From Asterias rubens (lineage: Eukaryota), in assembly GCF_902459465.1 (NCBI RefSeq), contig NC_047062.1, positions 29,078,001 through 29,142,000 of the forward strand: 64,000 bases of DNA, read 5' to 3'. Positions 23,826 to 32,700 of the stretch are shown here, piece after piece. The first letter of the stretch is position 1. Each line of letters begins with the position of its first letter. The position numbers were made by a program, and so were the translations under genes. The notes beneath the pieces were generated by a model. It made no database searches and was not told the origin of the DNA. It saw only the letters and a list, made by a program, of their open reading frames with translations.

Positions 23826-24429
23826 TAAAATTGCCTGTTACTTGGAATGCAGTTTGAGTAGGTCAAAATTATGTCACAGTACAATTTGTCACACCAAATT
23901 TGTTCTCGAATTTACTTAAATGGTTACACATTTATGAATTTTAGGAACAGAAACATTAATCAATTAACTGAGTTGGGCTCAACTAACTGAAATACATATC
24001 TGTAAAGACATGTCCATGTCACACAAGGCAATTTACAGACAACCAGTTCCAGGCAATCTCCAATAAGAAAACTATTTTCACAATTCAGGTTTTACATTAT
24101 TTTTCTGGGGACAGTGAGTTACCTATAGGATAATGCATGCCATTCGTGGCAGTTTCGTATCCCACGAATGGCGCGTCCCTCAAGGGTGTTTCCTGTTGCT
24201 AACATCTACCTATGACATGCTATAGCACGCCACTATTTCGCACACTATTGTAGCAATCGCGCCATTCGTTCCAAATAATGGAGCCACAGAACAATGGCAT
24301 GATGCCACAGATTAAAGTGGGAAGAATGTATCTTGTGTTTCCCGCCATTTCCCGCCTCTATTTCCCGCCTTCGTGCATCACCAAGCTAATCCGCCTCCAC
24401 AGTACTTAAGCAGCATGCAGCATCAGAGT

Positions 24430-24555
24430 CCAGCTTTCTCCAGAACATATCAGAGCATACTGATCAAAACGTCGAGTTGAAACCAACGGTTCTTTTCAGA
24501 ACCACCCCAACTCATTAGAGATAGTCATTACATGGTGTTACCGCAAACCTTTCCC
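24430..24555 (+). mobile_element. Family K remnant with a decayed hammerhead motif (24438-24476)
   Basis: CTC-CAGAACA-TATCAG-AGCATA-CTGATC-AAAAC-GTC-GAG, then TTCTTTTCAGAAC...CATGGTGTTACCGCAAAC. Confidence 0.55.
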
Positions 24556-26141
24556 ATATCTTGTGTTTCTTCAGCATACAGTGCAAACGGTTGCCTCAAA
24601 GTTGCCTGATGGAAAATGGCTAAACATTTAGCTATCCATTATTATAGTGTTAAGTTCATATTTTTGTGGAAAATATAATTCATTGAACATTGTTTGTTCT
24701 TTGATAAATATGTGTTGTTGTTTTCATATGCTGGTTTATAATTCTAATCTATTTTTATTTTGTTTTACTCATACTATTTTCTATAAATAAAGTAAGCCTA
24801 CACTCATCAAACGATCCATGGTAGCATTGTGATGTATGACTAATTATAAATTACTTGTACATCAATGTTGACTATATATTTTTTACATTTATATCAATAT
24901 ATTTTTATCACAATTTTATAACAAAGTACAAAACACACATTCCCTTCACCTCCTCTGGTGCTATTATAGCAAAGATTAATAAAAACAATTATAGAAGGTA
25001 ATTTGTTGTGTCTTTGTTGTTCTCTAACCAGTGATGCACCTGGGAAAATATTTGGAGGAGGGGGATTACAAGTTTTTCTTAAACGGTTTTTGTTTCCGTG
25101 AGTTGGTTGGTATGGGGCTCTTCAAAATAAAATGCAAAATAAACTGGGGGAAAAAAAACAGGGACTTGGCATCCTCCTTGTCTGATCTTTTTGTGACTTT
25201 ATTCCATCCCATTTTTTTTCTTCACTTGTTCGATTGAACATCATTGATTGAAACGGGCCTGTAGTGTGGAGACTCCAAAGAGTTTGGTTAAAACCATGGA
25301 GGAAAACACACCAAAAAAATTTCACAATACTGTGTGTCACTTTTATTTTGCTTAATTTCATTTCCTGCTTTCCTGCCAAGCATGGAGGATTTATGAGGGA
25401 GTTCTATATTTACTATGTATATATATTATTCCTCTGCATATGAATAAAGCCGTTTCCCACATCAATGTTTACAAATGGGCTCAAGCAAATTTTGTTTACA
25501 CACTTCACCGCCTTGAACCGCATGGATTCTAACTTTTCTAACTGCAAGGCAAGCCGGCCTTTGGATCTGCAGATGGATATTAAAGCCCAATATGCGGCTA
25601 GATGCAGCTTGAGTTTGGTTGTGAACACAAGGGGCGTGGTTGTGCTCTGTTGTAAGTATGGTGTACATTTGCTTTTGAAATTGTAAACATGGAATAGGAT
25701 GGCATTTCATTTATTATATTCAAACAAAGATGATAAATTGCCGTGGACAGTTCACATGGCATGGTTCAGTTGCCAACACAACAATCAAACTCCATCAAAG
25801 ACAACAGGAACAGCCAACACATTTTTGATTTTTTTTTTGACATTTTATTGTACACACACCAATGGCAATGCCTGCAGCCTGTGCAGGGCCCATTTTCATA
25901 ATAAATAAAGCCTGTGTAAGTAAGCATGGTGAGCGTGGACGATACGCTCAAAAACTTGCTTAGCTGAAACACCAAAAACTTTGAATACCATACAATAACC
26001 AGTGCTAAGTAAGTTAGGTTGGAGTTGGAGTTGGACAGGACAGGAGTCGCCGTGGTCATTTCTTGCTTGGCCAATAAATTTGCTTTGCTATGCACAATTT
26101 CCCTCCTTGCTTTAGACAGTCTGCTTCACTTAGGTTAGTGT

Positions 26142-26238
26142 ATTTAAGTCAAAGATTATAGAGCGCCGCAAGGTGCAAGATGTGGAACTCAGTTCCGCAT
26201 CTTGCGCCTTGCAGCGCTCTATAATCTTTTATTTAAAT
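26142..26238. other. Isolated near-perfect hairpin upstream of DHRS7
   Basis: 36-bp arms at 26153-26188 and 26192-26227 with a 3-nt loop TCA, two G-T pairs and one mismatch. Weaker pairing extends further out. Confidence 0.8.
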
Positions 26239-26720
26239 GTAAGTTAAAAACCCATTTGTTTACTTCACCCATTTAATTAATTCTTCCTCTGTTTGTGTAT
26301 TTGGATTTCTGGGTATTTGTTTTTAAATTTTGTCTCTGTTTTTTTTGTATTCCTTGTAATGCGCAGTAGAGTATATTTATATAGGTCACTGACTGCGCCA
26401 TATAAATGTCTGTATTGTTATTTTCTGTTAACTTATAAACAGCTTTTTGAAATTTGGCCCAGGTCATTTCATGCAACCATGGGTGCGTTCTACAGTGTTT
26501 ACTTCCCCCGGTCGACCCAGGTCTCCCCTAGTGCATTCAAATAATCTGATGTCATTCTCCTGGGGCTCCCGGGGTTTACCGAGGTCGGGGCCCCAGCAGC
26601 CACCTTGCCCTCCTCTTGATTGTGCCACTTAGGGCAGATGGCAAGTTTGCCTTTAAGGATTTATGTATAATGTAGTTCTTCCGTATCAAATAGGTGACGT
26701 CCAATACCATCACTATCAAC

Positions 26721-29700
26721 ATGGAGACGAAAAGTGCGATTGTCCTCATCGCTGCGTCTGTCATTCTACTGTTTGCTCTGCCCGTTCTACAAATTCTGGC
26801 ATTTGCCCTGCTCATCTTCATCATTGGAACTGTTGTCATGACATTGATACAAGATGGTGACCCCCTGCTTATGTTTTACGAGCAGTTTGGTTCAAGCGGA
26901 TGTAAGTTTATGAACGGGTCACATTTGAAACAACTAATTTTCATCACTGAAAAAGTGTACTAAATGGCACCTCATCTTTTGTCAGATACCCACATTGTTA
27001 GAGTTGAATAAATATTTGTTTTGCAGTCACAGGAATTGTAAATTAACAATGATGCAATCCACCACTGCTGGAAGAACAAACTGGTGACCCCCATGCTTAT
27101 GTTTTACGAGAAGTTTGGTTCAAGTGGATGTAAGTTTACGAAGGGGTCACATTTGAAACGCCTAACTTTCATCACTGACAAAGTGTACTAAATGGTACCT
27201 CATCTTTCGTCGAATACCCACATTGTTAGAGTTGAATAAATGTTTTTTTCACAGTCTCAGGAATTGTAAATTAACAATGATGCAATCCACCACCACTCCT
27301 GGAAGAACAGAATGGAAGGAGGGGAACACACAAGGCGGATGCAAAGTCAACTTTTTGAAGCTCTTTTCAAAGCTTTGCATTGTGGAAGTATAGCGTTCTC
27401 CTGAAGATCAGAGCATGTTAGATTGAAAGGTTGAGTCGTTGACCACCAGTTCTTTTCAGAACAAACACTACTTAAAGCTATTGGACCCTTTCGGTAAACA
27501 GTATTGTCCAAGGCCCACACTTCGTGTATCACAACTTCTATATCAAATAACAAACCTGTGAAAATTTAGGCTCAATCGGTCATTGGAGTTGGGAGAATAT
27601 AACGGGAAAACCCACCCTTGTATCCGCACATTTCGCCGTGTCATGACATGTGTTTAAAATAAATCCATAATTCTTGATATCAAGAATTTATATTGTTTTA
27701 CTGTTTTCTCAAAAAGTAAAGCATTTCATGGAATAATATTTCAAGAGAAGTCTTTCACCAATACCTTCTGTAAACCATGTAAAGTATTTGTAAATCTGTG
27801 AATTTTTTTTTTTCCTGTACCGAAAGGGTCCAATGGCATTAAAAGAGATATTCACATGGTGTTATCGCAGACCTGTCTTAGTATTTCTTTGTTCCCAATA
27901 ATAATAATTAGCACTATGTTTCACTGTAGCACATTTGAGAGGCAAGGTTGCGTGGGTGACTGGAGCATCAAGTGGCATAGGAGAAGCTCTCTGCTATGAA
28001 TTAGCAAAAAAGGTACTCGTATGTTTGAAATGTAGCTAGATAAATGCAAAAAATAGTTGATGCCCTGACGCTTTGAAGCTTTCTCTTTAACCTTCGAGAA
28101 AGACTACGCTTTGGTCGAAATGTCAGGCCATCAATTATTTTTTGCGTTTATACCATTTGTCTTTTTGGTTGGTAAACAGTTTGCAACGGTGTGCAACAGC
28201 TAGGTCTATTTTCCCATAGCTAGATAAATATGAGATGAAAATTCTGCTAGGAACCAAGACGCAAAGAAAAAGGAGCGATCAAAGCAAAATGAGGCGTTTG
28301 TCAACCCAGGTCATTTTTCGTTTTTGTTAATACATTTGAAAATAACCCACAATCTCTACTTAAAGCCATTGGACACTTTCGGTAAACAGTATTGTCCAAG
28401 GCCCACACTTCGTGTATCACACCTTATATATAAATTAACAAACCTGTGAAAATTTAGGCTCAATCAGTCATCGGAGTCGGGAGAAAATAACGGGAAAACC
28501 CTACCTTGTTTTCGCACGTTTCGCCGTGTCATGACATGTGTTTACTATAAATCCGTAATTCTCGTAGTCGAGAATTGATAATTGTTTTAATGTTTTCTCA
28601 AAAAGTAAAGCATTTCATTGAATACTATTTCAAGAGAAGTCTTTAACCATTACCTTCTGTAAACCCTGTAAGTTATTTGTAAATCTGTGAACTTTTTTTT
28701 GTTTCTGCTCCGAAAGTGTATAATGGCTTTAAGTACTGTAAACCTCATGTTTTAATGGTTTTGGTTCCGATACAACTTGGTTTTGATAACTGGGCAATTC
28801 AGAAGAGATGTAAAAGATCGCAGATTTCTAGCTGTTTGATACTCCTGAACTGAACTTTGAAGATAAACAGGGGCAATGCCATAGATACACACCTTTGTAA
28901 GTGAGAACCAAACTTTCAAATTGTATTCTATTAATAAGTGTTGGCAACCAACGTTGTGTCTTTTAGGGTGTCAAGTTAATTCTATCAGCTCGAAGAGCGA
29001 AGGAGCTGCTACGAGTTAAAGAACGATGTGTAGAAGAGTTTGGTCTCAGAGATGATGATGTGCTCGTCTTACCACTTGATGTTCTTGACTATGAGTCTCA
29101 CCCAGGATGCGCCCAAAAGGCACTGGACCATTTCCACAAGGTAATGTCTGTTCATTTGTTGGGTGAGACTATTCAGTGTTTAATCCAAAATTTAAAGCAT
29201 ACTTGGTTGTTTGATTGTGGGTTTTTTTTTTTTTTTTTTTTTGTTGTTGAGTTAATTGGAGTATTGGGTTTGTATTTGACAAGGACCCATGGTTGAATGA
29301 TTTGAGTATTAGTGCAACTCAAATATGGGGGAAAATCCACAAGGCCACATAGCTTGTTGCCCAAAATGTTTGTGGCGTGTCGTGGCCGCAGTCTAGTTCA
29401 CGAGACATTGTCAGCAGCAGAGTTTGGGAAGGTGCATTTTGCTCTACCAGCCAGGCTCCTAGTGGATGATACCCATGCCTACATCCATATGGACTTTGAA
29501 GGGGGTAACCCTGTTTCAGCCCCAGGAGTAGGTAGCGACGTGCCACTGGTGGCAGTTGCTTTGGCTCGATAACCTAAATCACTTAAGTGTAGCCCTCACC
29601 TTGAAGTGGCCGTCCGGATGTTAGGCGATCTATTGAAAGGCACTGGACACATTTGTAATTGTCAAAGACCTGTCTTCTCACTTGATGTATCTCAACATAT

Positions 29701-32700
29701 GCATAAAATAACAAACCTGTGAAAATTTGGACTCAATTGGTTGTCGAAGTTTCGAGTGAGTTATGGTAGAAAAAACACCCTTGTCGCACAAGTTGTGTGC
29801 TTTCAAATGCTTTGAATTCAAGACCTCAGCTGAGGTCTCTTATTAAATTCAAATATTTTAGTGAGAATTTACTTCTTTCTAAAAAACTAGGCTACTTCAG
29901 CGTGAGCCGTTTTTCACAATGATTTATACTATCAACAGCTCCCCATTGCTTGTTACCAAGTAAGTTTTTATGCTAACAATTATTTTGAGTAATTGCCGAT
30001 AGTGTACAGTGCCTTTAAATATCATGATTTGATTTAGTAATCTTTGTTGCGCAACACTTTTAGGTTGACATCCTGGTAAACAACGCAGGGCGATCACAGC
30101 GAGCTCTCGCTGTGGATACCAGCCTGGAAGTAGACAGGGCCCTTATGGATGTAGACTTTATAGGTCAAGTCTCAGTAACCAAGGCCATTCTGCCTCATAT
30201 GATGTCTTCCAATCAAGGTCACATCGTTAACATCAGCAGTGTCACCGGCAAATTACCCACAGAAATGTCTGCAACTTACTCAGCATCTAAACATGCTCTC
30301 CATGTAAGTATTCTTTGGCTGCAAAGTCCATAGAAATTTGCTGAAACTTACAACCTAAAAGCTATTATTCCTATTAACAGACGTTGCAAATGACCCTTGT
30401 ACTGGGCCCAATTGCATTAAGGCTGTAAGCACAAACATTTGCTTAGCACAGAAAAAGTATTGCTTAACAGAAACAGGTTACCAGCAAAAATTACATTTAG
30501 TTTAAACTGATGTGCCTGGTGCCCCACTCAATTTTTGCTCAGCAACAAAATTTGTCAAGCAGTATTTTCTGCTTAACGGCTTTATAAAATCTCGTCTCTG
30601 GCAAATGTGGCCCTGGTTTGATGTTTGAGATTTGTATTGTGACACAGTTAAGATCAGTCTTAGCTCTTTGTACAATCGGTCCCAGGGACCTGCTAAAAAT
30701 ACCACTAATTTTATCTTCTATAAAGGGAAACCTGTGTGATCTTTCTTATGTAGCAATGTTCTTTGTTTCCTCCTTTTTGTTTTGCACAAGCAGGGTTATT
30801 TTGGAGCACTTGCATATGAAAACTCGGCTTTGACTGTCACCAATGTCTGTCCTGGTCCAATCGTGAGCAATATCATTGAGAACTGCTTTGGAAACAATCT
30901 TCAACAAGTAAGTGGCTTAAAGCATGAAACAACGGAGGGACACCCTCAATCTTCTTTGTTCATTATTCTGCTTCTGGCAGTTCTTCTTGAAATGTTTCTC
31001 AGGTTAATTGGTTTGGAGTGGCTAGTTTTCGTCAACAATGATCCCTCTAAAAGACACTGGACACTGTTGGTAGTTACTCAAAATAAGTGTTGGCATAAAA
31101 ACTTACTTGGTAATGAGCAATGGAGAGCTGTTGATAGTATAAAACATTGTGAGAAACGGCTCCCTTTGAAGTAATGTAGTTTTTGAGAAAGAAGTAATTT
31201 CTCAGTAAGAGGTCTCGAATTCAAGGCATCTGAAAGCACACAACTTGTGCAACAAGGGTGTTTTGTCTTCCATTATTCTCTCACAACTTTGACAACCAAT
31301 TGAGTCCAAAATTTCACAGGTTTGTTATTGTATGCATATGTTGAGATACACCAAGTGAGAAGACTGGTCTTTGACAATTACCAACTGGTGTAGGGCCTTT
31401 GACAAGCCGAAGTGTTAAGAATAATTAGTGTTGTCGACTCAAGTCGGTGACTTGGACTTAAGTCAGACTCGAGTCGCCAATATCATCGCCTTGTGATTGA
31501 CTTGGGGAAAATTACTTGAGACTTGAACAATTGAATAAGCTTGATTTTACATAAAATTAAAAAAAATTGGGGTTAAGTTCCTGTTGGAAAGTTTGTACAA
31601 AACCGATGTTAGCTGTTGCCAAAAAACAAACAAAAGAGGGACAATAGTAGAGTGACTCGATTGCAGGTGAAGAGCTGTACTTGTGTGCATTAATTGTCTA
31701 AAAAGCAATAACTCAAAAAGGACTTTATAACACCAACTAAAAATTTGATGTGTTGATTGGTTTTGGGATCCCCCAGAAGCCTACTGTTTTTAGACCCCCT
31801 TCGTCAAATATCAAGGTAATTTTGAAAAAAGAAAGTTTGTCCAAACTATAACTCAAGACGAATAAGATTGAATGTCAGCGAGGCGTTTTGGTTTGTCAAC
31901 ACATCACTTTTTTTTTTACCATCAGCCCAAGTTTAAAGAAACCACATTCAAAGCTGAACGTAATTCAAGCATGATGATGTCGACAGAGCGCTGTGGTTTC
32001 CTGATTGCTGTTGCCATTGCAAACAACTTATCCGAGGTGTGGATCTGCAAAGGTCTTGTTCTATTGTTGATGCAGATGTATCAGTGGTGTCCTCTTATGA
32101 CTAGATGGTAAGCATTTCATTCTTAGAGTAACATCATTTCAGACAAGTGCTTCAGAGTTGCTCCGAACTAAATTCTGAATTAAGTACATGAAAAGTTGAT
32201 TGTCTAAAACAGTTAGGTGCGACTGTACAAGCTAGAAGTCGAAAGATCGAGTGTTGCAATCGTTCAGAACGACTCTGGAGCGCCTTGGTTTCAGACGTCC
32301 AACTTTTCCCGAGCCAAGTCAATCTAATTGTTGTGTTAAGTTCACCTGTCTGAAACAAAAAGTTATTTGGGTTGACCTAGAGTCAGTCCTAATCTATTTG
32401 GTTTGGCGCGACTCTGGCGCGCTTGTAAGAGAAGAGTGTAAGTTGTTTAACATTTACTTTTGTCGTGTTCAGTTCAGCCTCGCTACCATGGGCAGCGCGC
32501 CGTATCGATACCGCTCGTCACTAACCCCTGGGAGGTATGTACTGGGAAACAACTCTGATTGGCTCAGGAAATTGGTTAAAGTCACCTGGAAATAGATTTT
32601 TTTTTCTTTCAAACATAAGAGTATATGCTTAGGAACAATAAAACAATTTTTTTAGTAATTGTTTGTCACGATTTATATGTTTAAAAAATATACAAAGTTG

